NCBI GenBank assembly: GCA_950097015.1
Contig: CATNEN010000005.1
Coordinates: 5,952,001 to 6,016,000, forward strand
Direction of reading: 5' to 3'
Origin: Macrostomum hystrix
Taxonomy: Eukaryota; Animalia; Platyhelminthes
DNA length: 64,000 nucleotides
Made by a program: the position numbers and the translations under genes
Part shown: piece by piece, positions 1 to 11,030 of the stretch
How positions within the stretch are numbered: position 1 is the first letter of the stretch
Layout: every line of letters begins with the position of its first letter
The notes under the pieces: generated by a model
Databases searched by the model: none
Told to the model about the DNA's origin: nothing
Seen by the model: the letters and a program-made list of their open reading frames with translations, nothing else

Positions 1-3000
1 GCAACTGAGAGGGATGAGAGTGAGCAACTGAGAGGATGAGAGTGAGGAACTGAGAGGGATGAGAGTGAGGAACTGAGAAGGATGAGAGTGAGGAACTGAG
101 AGGGATGAGAGTGAGGATCTGAGAGGGATGAGAGTGAGGAACTGAGAAGGATGAGAGTGAGGAACAGAGAGGGATGAGAGTGAGGAACTGAGAGGGATGA
201 GAGTGAGGAACTGAGAAGGATGAGAGTGAGGAACTGAGAGGGATGAGAGGGAGCAACTGAGAAGGATGAGAGTGAGGAACTGAGAGGGATGAGAGTGAGG
301 AACTGAGAGGGATGAGAGTGAGGAACTCAGAGGGATGAGAGTGAGGAACTCAGAGGGATGAGAGTGAGGAACTGAGAGGGATGAGAGTAAGGAACTGAGA
401 GGGATTAGAGTAAGGAACTCAGAGGGATGAGAGTGAGGAACTGAGAGGGATGAGAGTGAGGAACTGAGAGGGATGAGAGTGAGGAACTGAGAGGGATGAG
501 AGTGAGGAACTGAGAGGGATGAGAGTGAGGAACTGAGAGGGATGAGAGTGAGGATCTGAGAAGGATGAGAGTGAGGAACTGAGAGGGATGAGAGTGAGGA
601 ACTGAGAGGGATGAGAGTGAGGAACTGAGAAGGATGAGATTGAGGAACTGAGAGGGATGAGAGTGAGGAACTGAGAGGGATGAGAGTGAGGAACTGAGAG
701 GGATGAGAGTGAGGAACTGAGAAGGATGAGAGTGAGCAACTGAGAGGGATGAGAGTGAGGAACTGAGAGGGATGAGAGTGAGGAACTGAGAGGGATGAGA
801 GTGAGGAACTGAGAAGGATGAGAGTGAGCAACTGAGAGGGATGAGAGTGAGGAACTGAGAGGGATGAGAGTGAGCAACTGAGAAGGATGAGAATGAGGAA
901 CTGAGAAGGATGAGAGTGAGGAACTGAGAGGATGAGAGTGAGGAACTGAGAGGGATGAGAGTGAGGAACTGAGAAGGATGAGAGTGAGGAACTGAGAGGG
1001 ATGAGAGTGAGGAACTGAGAGGGATGAGAGTGAGGATCTGAGAGGGATGAGAGTGAGGAACTGAGAAGGATGAGAGTGAGGAACAGAGAGGGATGAGAGT
1101 GAGGAACTGAGAGGGATGAGAGTGAGGAACTGAGAAGGATGAGAGTGAGGAACTGAGAGGGATGAGAGTGAGCAACTGAGAAGGATGAGAGTGAGGAACT
1201 GAGAGGGATGAGAGTGAGGAACTGAGAGGGATGAGAGTGAGGAACTGAGAGGGATGAGAGTGAGGATCTGAGAGGGATGAGAGTGAGCAACTGAGAGGGA
1301 TGAGAGTGAGCAACTGAGAGGATGAGAGTGAGCAACTGAGAGGGATGAGAGTGAGCAACTGAGAGGGATGAGAGTGAGCAACTGAGAGGATGAGAGTGAG
1401 CAACTGAGAGGGATGAGAGTGAGCAACTGAGAGGGATGAGAGTGAGCAACTGAGAGGATGAGAGTGAGGAACTGAGAGGGATGAGAGTGAGGAACTGAGA
1501 AGGATGAGAGTGAGGAACTGAGAGGGATGAGAGTGAGGATCTGAGAGGGATGAGAGTGAGGAACTGAGAAGGATGAGAGTGAGGAACAGAGAGGGATGAG
1601 AGTGAGGAACTGAGAGGGATGAGAGTGAGGAACTGAGAAGGATGAGAGTGAGGAACTGAGAGGGATGAGAGGGAGCAACTGAGAAGGATGAGAGTGAGGA
1701 ACTGAGAGGGATGAGAGTGAGGAACTGAGAGGGATGAGAGTGAGGAACTCAGAGGGATGAGAGTGAGGAACTCAGAGGGATGAGAGTGAGGAACTCAGAG
1801 GGATGAGAGTGAGGAACTGAGAGGGATGAGAGTAAGGAACTGAGAGGGATTAGAGTAAGGAACTCAGAGGGATGAGAGTGAGGAACTGAGAGGGATGAGA
1901 GTGAGGAACTCAGAGGGATGAGAGTGAGGAACTGAGAGGGATGAGAGTGAGGAACTGAGAGGATGAGAGTGAGGAACTGAGAGGGATGAGAGTGAGGAAC
2001 TGAGAGGGATGAGAGTGAGGAACTGAGAGGGATGAGAGTGAGGAACTGAGAGGGATGAGAGTGAGGAACTGAGAGGGATGAGAGTGAGGATCTGAGAAGG
2101 ATGAGAGTGAGGAACTGAGAGGGATGAGAGTGAGGAACTGAGAGGGATGAGAGTGAGGAACTGAGAAGGATGAGATTGAGGAACTGAGAGGGATGAGAGT
2201 GAGGAACTGAGAGGGATGAGAGTGAGGAACTGAGAGGGATGAGAGTGAGGAACTGAGAAGGATGAGAGTGAGCAACTGAGAGGGATGAGAGTGAGGAACT
2301 GAGAGGGATGAGAGTGAGCAACTGAGAAGGATGAGAGTGAGGAACTGAGAAGGATGAGAGTGAGGAACTGAGAGGATGAGAGTGAGGAACTGAGAGGGAT
2401 GAGAGTGAGGAACTGAGAAGGATGAGAGTGAGGAACTGAGAGGGATGAGAGTGAGGAACTGAGAGGGATGAGAGTGAGGATCTGAGAGGGATGAGAGTGA
2501 GGAACTGAGAAGGATGAGAGTGAGGAACAGAGAGGGATGAGAGTGAGGAACTGAGAGGGATGAGAGTGAGGAACTGAGAAGGATGAGAGTGAGGAACTGA
2601 GAGGGATGAGAGTGAGCAACTGAGAAGGATGAGAGTGAGGAACTGAGAGGGATGAGAGTGAGGAACTGAGAGGGATGAGAGTGAGGAACTCAGAGGGATG
2701 AGAGTGAGGAACTCAGAGGGATGAGAGTGAGGAACTCAGAGGGATGAGAGTGAGGAACTGAGAGGGATGAGAGTAAGGAACTGAGAGGGATGAGAGTGAG
2801 GAACTCAGAGGGATGAGAGTGAGGAACTGAGAGGGATGAGAGTGAGGAACTCAGAGGGATGAGAGTGAGGAACTCAGAGGGATGAGAGTGAGGAACTGAG
2901 AGGGATTAGAGTGAGGAACTCAGAGGGATTAGAGTGAGGAACTGAGAGGGATTAGAGTGAGGAACTGAGAGGGATTAGAGTGAGGAACTCAGAGGGATTA

Positions 3001-3190
3001 GAGTGAGGAACTGAGAGGGATGAGAGTGAGGAACTGAGAGGGATTAGAGTGAGGAACTCAGAGGGATTAGAGTGAGGAACTGAGAGGGATTAGAGTGAGG
3101 AACTGAGAGGGATTAGAGTGAGGAACAGAGAGGGATGAGAGTGAGGAACCGAGAGGACATTGGAGTGAGGAACAGAGAGGATGATGTGAG
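1..3190. repeat. Minisatellite A, 23-bp unit GAGTGAGGAACTGAGAGGGATGA, purine-rich
   Basis: Direct inspection; over 130 copies; variants GAGCAAC, GGATCTG, GGATTAG; recurs at 50545-51330. Confidence 0.97.
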
Positions 3191-3709
3191 GTGGAGAAGT
3201 GGGACTTGGGAACAGGGTTAAAACTTTAGCAAATTTTCTAGATTAGCTATTTCATTTTTCTATTATTATTTATTTTATATATTATTAGCTGTTGCAATGG
3301 TAAAATTATTTAACGAGAAATACATTACTTGTGCACCCAGCAATACGGTGTCAGGCAATAATTGTACCTGACAATTATTTACTCAAAAACTGCACCAATT
3401 TAGGATCTCAATGTTATATTCTAATTTACCATTAAACTCAATAAAAGGTTGATGAGCACAGGCTGGATAGAGGAATAATGATCCAGAATAGGGAGATAGG
3501 GAGAATGCGGAATGGGAAGAGAGGAACGAAAGGAGGAAGTGTGGGAGATTCAATAGCGGGATTAAGAAGGCGATAAGCGGTACACGCATGAATGTGTTCA
3601 TATTTACAATTCTTGTAATTTCAAAACATTTTCATTAATTGCCTTTTTTAATTAACGGTACGTGCAGCAGCATTTCAAGTACACGAATAAGAAATTTATT
3701 GTTTCCAAC

Positions 3710-3724
3710 GTTCTTTTTCTTCAG
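3710..3724 (+). other. 3' splice acceptor (TTCTTTTTCTTCAG) 54 nt upstream of the gene 1 ATG
   Basis: Long pyrimidine tract plus CAG; conserved in copy 3 (AG at 51895-51896, also 54 nt before ATG); in-frame TAG between acceptor and ATG marks it as 5'UTR. Confidence 0.65.
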
Positions 3725-3778
3725 CCTAAAAAGTCTTCTGAGAAAAATTTCACGGACTAGGAAGAGAAGCAAGGGTTC

Positions 3779-6700
3779 ATGGACACCAATGCTAGCGTCC
3801 GTGGACCGGAAGATGCCGGATCAGAGGACCGGGAACTCGAGGATGCAGAATCGCCGGTCTCTACGTGGGAAGACAGTGGATCAATGAGTCAGAGAAGTGA
3901 GGCGGACTCAACTTTCTTTCTGCTGTGCGAAGTAAGCTTCTTAGAGCCAGAGTTCTTCTGGGACATCAATAAAAATAGTCTGCGCAATGACCTTCTTCGA
4001 GCCATAGACAGCAGCGACTCTGAGGAGCTGAGCAGAATATCAGACAGAATCAGAAGAGGACTTCAAGACGATGAGGATGCAGAAGTGAAAGTGCTGCTGC
4101 TTATGTCAGCCGCCAAGCCAGACCTGGAACTGCTGCAGTTCTTGACTGAAAGACACGCCGACTCATGCCTGCAGGTGCGAAGTTCATCAGCGAACAACAT
4201 GCTGCACTTTGTGTGCGGATGCGACAACTCAGATTCAGCAACTGCAGCCTTGGAGCTGATCTACAACAAAGTGGGCAAACAGCTGGTCAAGGAGCTCAAC
4301 AACTCGAAGCAGCTGCCTGTACACATCGCAGCTGAAAACAGCAAGAATCCTGCAGTGTTTCTCTGGCTCATTTCCACCGTCGAGGACAAGAATCTGTTTT
4401 TCGTTCAAGACGATGACGGCTACAGTGCTGTTAGCACTGCATTTTTTAAACAGAACTTGGACACACTCAAACAAGTGACTGAGAAGCTTAGTCTGGCGGA
4501 GTGCCTGGCGGCCAAAACTGCCAAAAATGAAAATATTTGCAAAAGAGCCGCATTCAATACAGCCAATCCTGCAGTGTTTCTCTGGCTCATTTCCACCGTC
4601 GAGGACAAGAATCTGTTTTTCGTTCAAGACGATGACGGCTACAGTGCTGTTAGCATAGCGTTTCTATATCAGAACTTGGACACACTCAAACAAGTGACTG
4701 AGAAGCTTGGTCTGGCGGAGTGCCTGGCGGCAAAAACTGCCAAAAATCAAAATATTTGCCTTCGAGCCGCAGCGAATTCAGCCAATCCTGCAGTGTTTCT
4801 CTGGCTCATTTCCACCGTCGAGGACAAGAATCTGTTTTTCGTTCAAGACGATGACGGCTACAGTGCTGTTAGCATAGCGTTTCTATATCAGAACTTGGAC
4901 ACACTCAAACAAGTGACTGAGAAGCTTGGTCTGGCGGAGTGCCTGGCGGCAAAAACTGCCAAAAATCAAAATATTTGCCTTGCAGCCGCATTCAATACAG
5001 CCAATCCTGCAGTGTTTCTCTGGCTCATTTCCACCGTCGAGGACAAGAATCTGTTTTTCGTTCAAGACGATTACGGCGAAAGTGCTGTTAGCGTAGCATT
5101 TGTAAAGCAGAACTTGGACACACTCAAACAAGTGACTGAGAAGCTTGGTCTGGCGGATTGCCTGGCGACGAAAACTGCCAAAAATCAAAATATTTGCCTT
5201 CGAGCCGCATTCAATCCAGCCAATCCTGCAGTGTTTCTCTGGCTCATTTCCATCGTCGAGGACAAGAATCAGTTTTTCGTTCAAGACGACGACGGCTACA
5301 GTGCTGTTAGCGGAGCATTTGAGAAACAGAACTTGGACACACTCAAACAAGTGACTGAGAAGCTTGGTCTGGCGGAGTGCCTGGCGGCAAAAACTACCAA
5401 AAATCAAAATATTTGCCTTCGAGCCGCATTCAATTCAGCCAATCCTGCAGTGTTTCTCTGGCTCATTTCCACCGTCGAGGACAAGAATCTTTTTTTCGTT
5501 CAAGACGATGACGGCTACAGTGCTGTTAGCATAGCGTTTTATAAGCAGAACTTGGACACTCTCAAACAAGTGACTGAGAAGCTTGGTCTGGCGGAGTGCC
5601 TGGCGGCAAAAACTGCCAAAAATGAAAATATTTGCCTTCGAGCCGCATTCAATACAGCCAATCCTGCAGTGTTTCTCTGGCTCATTTCCACCGTCGAGGA
5701 CAAGAATCTGTTTTCCGTTCAAGACGATTTTGGCAGAGCTGCTGTTAGCCGCGCATTTGAGGAGCAGAATTTGGACACACTCAAACAAGTGACTGAGAAG
5801 CTTGGTCTGGCGGAGTGCCTGGCGGCAAAAACTGCCAAAAATGAAAATATTTGCCTTCGAGCCGCATTCAATACAGCCAATCCTGCAGTGTTTCTCTGGC
5901 TCATTTCCATCGTCGAGGACAAGAATCTGTTTTTCTGTCACGATGATGACGGCTACAGTGCTGTTAGCATAGCATTTTATAAGCAGAACTTGGACACACT
6001 GAAACAAGCGACTGAGAAGCTTGGTCTGGCGGAGTGCCTGGCGGCAAAAACTGCCAAAAATGAAAATATTTGCCTTCGAGCCGCATTCAATACAGCCAAT
6101 CCTGCAGTGTTTCTCTGGCTCATTTTTACCGTCGAGGACAAGAATCTGTTTTTCGTTCAAGACGATGACGGCTACAGTGCTGTTAGCATCGCATTTCAGA
6201 AGCAGAACTTGGACACACTGAAACAAGTGACTGAGAAGCTTGGTCTGGCGGAGTGCCTGGCGGCAAAAACTGCCAAAAATCAAAATATTTGCCTTGCAGC
6301 CGCATTCAATACAGCCAATCCTGCAGTGTTTCTCTGGCTCATTTCCACCGTCGAGGACAAGAATCAGTTTTTCGTTCAAGACGATTACGGCGAAAGTGCT
6401 GTTAGCGTAGCATTTGTAAAGCAGAACTTGGACACACTCAAACAAGTGACTGAGAAGCTTGGTCTGGCGGATTGCCTGGCGACGAAAACTGCCAAAAATC
6501 AAAATATTTGCCTTCGAGCCGCATTCAATCCAGCCAATCCTGCAGTGTTTCTCTGGCTCATTTCCATCGTCGAGGACAAGAATCTGTTTTTCGTTCAAGA
6601 CGACGACGGCTACAGTGCTGTTAGCGGAGCATTTGAGAAACAGAACTTGGACACACTCAAACAAGTGACTGAGAAGCTTGGTCTGGCGGAGTGCCTGGCG

Positions 6701-9700
6701 GCAAAAACTACCAAAAATCAAAATATTTGCCTTCGAGCCGCATTCAATTCAGCCAATCCTGCAGTGTTTCTCTGGCTCATTTCCACCGTCGAGGACAAGA
6801 ATCTGTTTTTCGTTCACAACGATGACGGCTACAGTGCTGTAACCACAGCATTTGAGAAGCAGAATTTGGACACACTCAAACAAGTGACTGAGAAGCTTGG
6901 TCTGGCGGAGTGCCTGGCGGCAGAAAATGCCAAAGGTCAATGTGGTTTGCATGCAGCGGCCTGGAACAGAGAGAATCCAGCCTTATTTCGATGGCTCATT
7001 TCCATCGTCGAGGACAAGAAACTCTTCTTTGAAAAGCATGATGATGGAGCTGCTGCTGTATCCTTTGCCTTTTATCGCCAAGGGTTGGTCACAGTGAAGC
7101 TTTTGACAGACCGTTTTGGACTCAGCGAGTGTTTGAGTTGCATTGACAATCTAAATCGGGATTTGTTTTTTTTTTCCTCACTTAACAGCGTGAACCCGGG
7201 AGTATTTAGCTGGCTTCTAGAGCAGGTCTCCCAGCAATGTCCAGACAAGAAGTCCAGAATCTTCGAGTTGGATTCCAACGGCAACACTCTCCTTCATGCA
7301 CTGTTTAGGAAGGTCGATTTGTTTGGCGATGCTGATGCGCTTGCAGTGCTGATCGGCCGCATCGACTTTCTTTTTGAAAATGAAGTTGATCCAAGAAAAG
7401 AAAACAAATTCAGACTCAACTGTCTGCTTGCCCCTGAATCCAGTGCTTACAATCTCAATCGTCTTTTGCGAGCTCTTCAAAAATCAGCGCATTTGGAAAT
7501 CTTCAGAAATCTGCAAAGAAACTCGGAGGGCCTTCATGCAGCTCATGTCTTCTGCACTCGCTACGATCTCCGAGTTATCGAGAACGATTTGAGCAAGCTG
7601 TGCGGTCTCAGTCCTGACGAGCTCCTTGCAGTCCGAGTTTCTGACGGACCGCTGAAGGACGCGACTTGTCTGCACTTTGCCTGCGAATCCGGTCACAAGT
7701 TGAACATCGAATACCTTCTAAAGAAAGGACGGAAGCTGGAAGATGAGACAGACGCCGGGCAGACGAGTGTCGACTTTGCCTGCAACAAGGCGAAGCTCGA
7801 GGATGTTTTGGACGTTGCAGAGAAGTCAGTTGGTCTCAGAAAACTGCTCAAGCTGGTTGATCCAACGAAGCGAGCTCTGAACCTTCCGGACGTTCAGAGC
7901 GCCCGAGGTCACCTGACTCGTTTCAACGACTCATCGCTGAAGGCCAGCATTGAGGATGATAAATCCAGACGACAGACGAGAGGCAAGGAAGCCGGTGGGA
8001 TGAAAAACGAGAGTCTGCAGGCCGGACACGGAGCTGACAGCATTTCAAAGTCCGAGGATTCGCCAGAAGTGAAAATGCTGTTCAGAGCATTCGAGCTCGA
8101 CTCAAGTGAGATGCTCCGCAGCTTGATCAGTTTGGGCTTCGCCATCGATGAGATCGATGACCAGTTCTCCAGGCATGTCTCAAAACAGATTGGCAATGGG
8201 CGGGAAAGCAGTAAGTCTCCTACAATAGCCAAGCTTCAAAAGTACTTCTCCTCAGAAGGAAGAGATTCTGAAGCTCTCATGCTGATGGAGTACGCAGTGC
8301 TGCTCGAGAAGCCGAAGCTGCTCAATGACCTGATGCTTTTGCCACAGTTTGACATCATCCCACAGACTTTGAGGCTGCTCGTTTATCTCAAGCCCAGAGT
8401 GAAGTCGAGCAATGTTGAGAATCTGAAAAAAGTGCAAGCTCTAGCCTTGAACATTGTCGTCAATGTTCTGGAGCACCTCTACGTGAATGCCGATGAAAAA
8501 CAGCGGAATCTTGTTTTCGACTACCTGAGTGGCTCATTTATGGTGTCAGACGGGCATTCTCAGGTTCGAGTTCCGAGGTTCCCGCCACCATTGGATTATC
8601 TTACCAGAAAAATTTCAAACGATAAAACTGATCACGAAAAAGTGAGCAAAGATGCGAAGACACCAAAAAAGCCATCAGAAAAGAAGTCTGCAGCTGCAGT
8701 GATGTCAGTGATGGATCTGGTGCAGACCCTGGACTGTGACGATGTGTTTGCCACTGACTGCATCAGCCAGTTGGTGGATCGGCAGTGGAACGAGGCTCCA
8801 CCGCTGCCCTGGAGCAGTCCTGCACGCTGCTGCTCATGCAACATACCGCAAAAGGTGACAATTAAACAGCGGTTTATCATCCACTCTGTCTTTTTCCTGG
8901 TCTTTCTGCTCTACTTTGCTTGGTACGTGACGGATTTCAGTCGGACAAAGCAGTTTCCGATTCTAGACGTCGTCCTGTTGGCCTACGCGCTGTCCTTCAC
9001 TCTGCAGGAAGTCAACGACTTGCTGAACAAGCTGTCTATGAAGGACATACGAATTTTCAGAAGGCACATGAGATGTCCTCGCTACTTCACCGACTTCTTC
9101 AACTACTTTGACATGCTCGGCCTGCTGCTGATGTGGGCGGGGCTGGTCCTGAAGCTGCTTGGCCGGCTGAGCGACCCCAGCCTCATGCGCAGCTCTCAGG
9201 TCGTCCTCAGCGTCTCGTTCCTGTTCCTGGGATTCCGCTCCGTGGCCCTGCTCAGCTACTTCAAGGTCACTGGGCCGAACATCAATATGCTGAAGAGCTT
9301 GCTGTTCAAAGACCTGCTGCCATTCTTGATCATCATGCTGGTTCTGATCTTCTCATTTGGCATTTTCTTCTTCAACCTGCTGTTCCCGGCCTTCTCAGAC
9401 CTGACAGACGTCCTGGCTCTCGTGAAGATTTTCACAACGCCCTTGTCGCTGGCCTTAAGCATCTTTGAGCTCTCGCTGTTCGAGTCGTGCAACTCCAGCA
9501 GTCTCGCGACCGGACAGACCTGTGCGGACAGTGGAGGCAACCAGGTGTACAGCCTATTCCTGATGTTCGTGTACGTCTTGCTGGTGAACATTGTGATGTT
9601 CAATCTGCTGATCGCACTGTTCAACCGCACCGTGACAGCGATGGCCAGCAGGGCGGAGGTTCTGTGGCGCAAGAATCTGTTCGAGCTGCTGGAGGAGTTC

Positions 9701-9835
9701 GCAGAGGTCAGTCCGGTTCCGCCGCCGCTGTCGTTCCCGCTCTACGCCTGGAAACTGCTGCGGAGGTGCCGCCCTTCGCACTGCCGACCCTGCGCTGGCA
9801 AAGTCGGTCCTTTTGACGGCTCTGAGATAAGCAAG
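3779..9835 (+). CDS. Ankyrin-repeat TRP-family cation channel, paralog 1, large coding exon (2019 codons; spliced protein ~2201 aa)
   Basis: Uninterrupted ORF; ankyrin motifs (NNMLHFVC, QLPVHIAA, GNTLLHAL, ATCLHFACESGH); 13 x 73-aa units; pre-S1 FATDCISQLVDRQW; six hydrophobic segments; YFTDFFNYFD, GPNINML, NLLIALFNRTV, TRP-domain-like W...EEF...PVPPPL; ends at phase-0 donor AAG/GTAAGA. Confidence 0.92.
4307..7153 (+). repeat. Intragenic array of 13 x 219-bp units (two ankyrin-like repeats per 73-aa unit), gene 1
   Basis: NPA motif codons at 4346 and 6974 are exactly 12 x 219 bp apart; last unit is a diverged cap (GQCGLHAAAWN). Confidence 0.95.
8870..9740 (+). other. S1-S6 transmembrane/pore module and TRP domain of gene 1 (homologous regions ~34429-35299 and ~56847-57717)
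   Basis: Six hydrophobic helices; pore loop with Cys pair flanking an N-glycosylation sequon (CNSSSLATGQTC); S6-TRP helix register matches TRPM-type channels by eye. Confidence 0.85.
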
Positions 9836-10481
9836 GTAAGAGGCCTGGTGGACTGAGGGACTGACTCTGTTACTCACAGATGATAAATGGTCTGAATATA
9901 TATAGCCCTTAGATTCAGTCAGACAATGACCGAATCCAATTTTCGATTGAAAGAACTGATTGTGTGTACATGAATGCAAATGGCTTTGTAGCAAAGACAT
10001 GCTCAGATTATAGTAAGCTGGGGCTGGTCATGAAACTCTTGAGGACTGATTAACAGTAGAAGCAAGGTGAGAGGCCTGGTGAGCACAGGTGAACTGAGGG
10101 GCTGACTATGTTTACTCATATAGGCACTAGATTCAGTCAGACGATGACCGAATCCAATTCAGAGCAATGTTGGTTGTCCTTGTCACCAGGGTCTTCGACG
10201 AGAATCGTTGAATATCTTATCGATGCCGATGTTATGACTCTGGAAGTTGTTTCATCGGATAGAGCGGAAAATGTAGCCCGTCATCTGGATTTTTACAGTG
10301 GTTGGTTGGATATTTTTAAGATAGAGAAAAAAATAAAACATGTGGGTATTTGAATTACTCCCCTTGTGGTCTTTGTACTGTTAAGGATTAGTCAAGCCTC
10401 CAACCCGTTTGCCTGAGTTCTTAAGCCACTTAAACCAAACCGCTAGTTTCAAGGCGCTCTTCCTCACGGCTTCCGTTCCAG
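9836..10481 (+). other. Intron of gene 1 (646 nt, GT-AG, phase 0)
   Basis: GTAAGA donor and TTCCGTTCCAG acceptor; splicing joins exon 1 in frame to an open exon; same sites in all three paralogs. Confidence 0.85.
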
Positions 10482-11030
10482 CCGTGGTGGACGAACCGGA
10501 GCGACTTCAGCGGCTACCCCGAAGACTTCAAGCGCTTCCTGATCTTCCAGGCTGAGCAGCTGCGGCAGCAGCGGCCGCGGCTCCAGCGGGCGGTCGAGCG
10601 GCACAAGGGGGACGTCGATGTGATGAAGGCGCACGTGGAGAACCAGGTCAAGGACCTGCGGGAGGAACTGCTCACGGCTCAGAGAGAGGACACTGAGAAA
10701 ATCGAGACCGATGTGAAGGGCGTCAAAGAAAGTGTTGGAAAGCTGAACGCGGATGTTGGAAAGATGAACGCAGATGTTGGAAAGCTGAACGCGGATGTTG
10801 GAAAGCTGAACGCGGATGTTGGAAAGCTGAACGCGGATGTTGGAAAGCTGAACGCGGATGTTGGAAAGCTGAACGAGGGCGTCAACGAACTCAAAGAGCT
10901 GCAGCTCCGCCAACGAAGACGAGCAAAGCGTCTAGACGATAAGATGACAGAAAATTCCGAGAACCTGCAGCAGCAAATGTCGCAGGTGATGAGCATTCTG
11001 CAGCAACTGCAGCAGCAGCGTCAGCAGTGA
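10482..11030 (+). CDS. Terminal coding exon of gene 1 (182 aa; PWWTNRSDFSGYPEDFKRF... plus coiled coil)
   Basis: Open in phase 0 from the acceptor to TGA; contains ORF-track 10620..11030; GC-rich codon style like exon 1; heptad repeats. Confidence 0.85.
   Translation, partial: PWWTNRSDFSGYPEDFKRFLIFQAEQLRQQRPRLQRAVERHKGDVDVMKAHVENQVKDLREELLTAQREDTEKIETDVKGVKESVGKLNADVGKMNADVGKLNADVGKLNADVGKLNADVGKLNADVGKLNEGVNELKELQLRQRRRAKRLDDKMTENSENLQQQMSQVMSILQQLQQQRQQ
10737..10883 (+). repeat. 21-bp coding repeat, 7 heptads GK(L/M)N(AD/EG)V of the C-terminal coiled coil
   Basis: GTTGGAAAGCTGAACGCGGAT-type tandem repeats; V and L at a/d positions. Confidence 0.9.

Noticed and set aside
405-2619. Long minus-strand Ser/Leu/His ORFs in satellite A
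   Set aside because: Translation of a 23-bp satellite; broken by monomer indels
9836-9856. C-terminus VRGLVD-stop given by the ORF track (also genes 2 and 3)
   Set aside because: Read-through into the intron; a conserved GTAAGA donor and an in-frame downstream exon explain it better
10160-10450. Helitron call for the gene 1 intron insert
   Set aside because: Hairpin is weak, the 5' TC is not in an A/T target and flanking sequence is deleted
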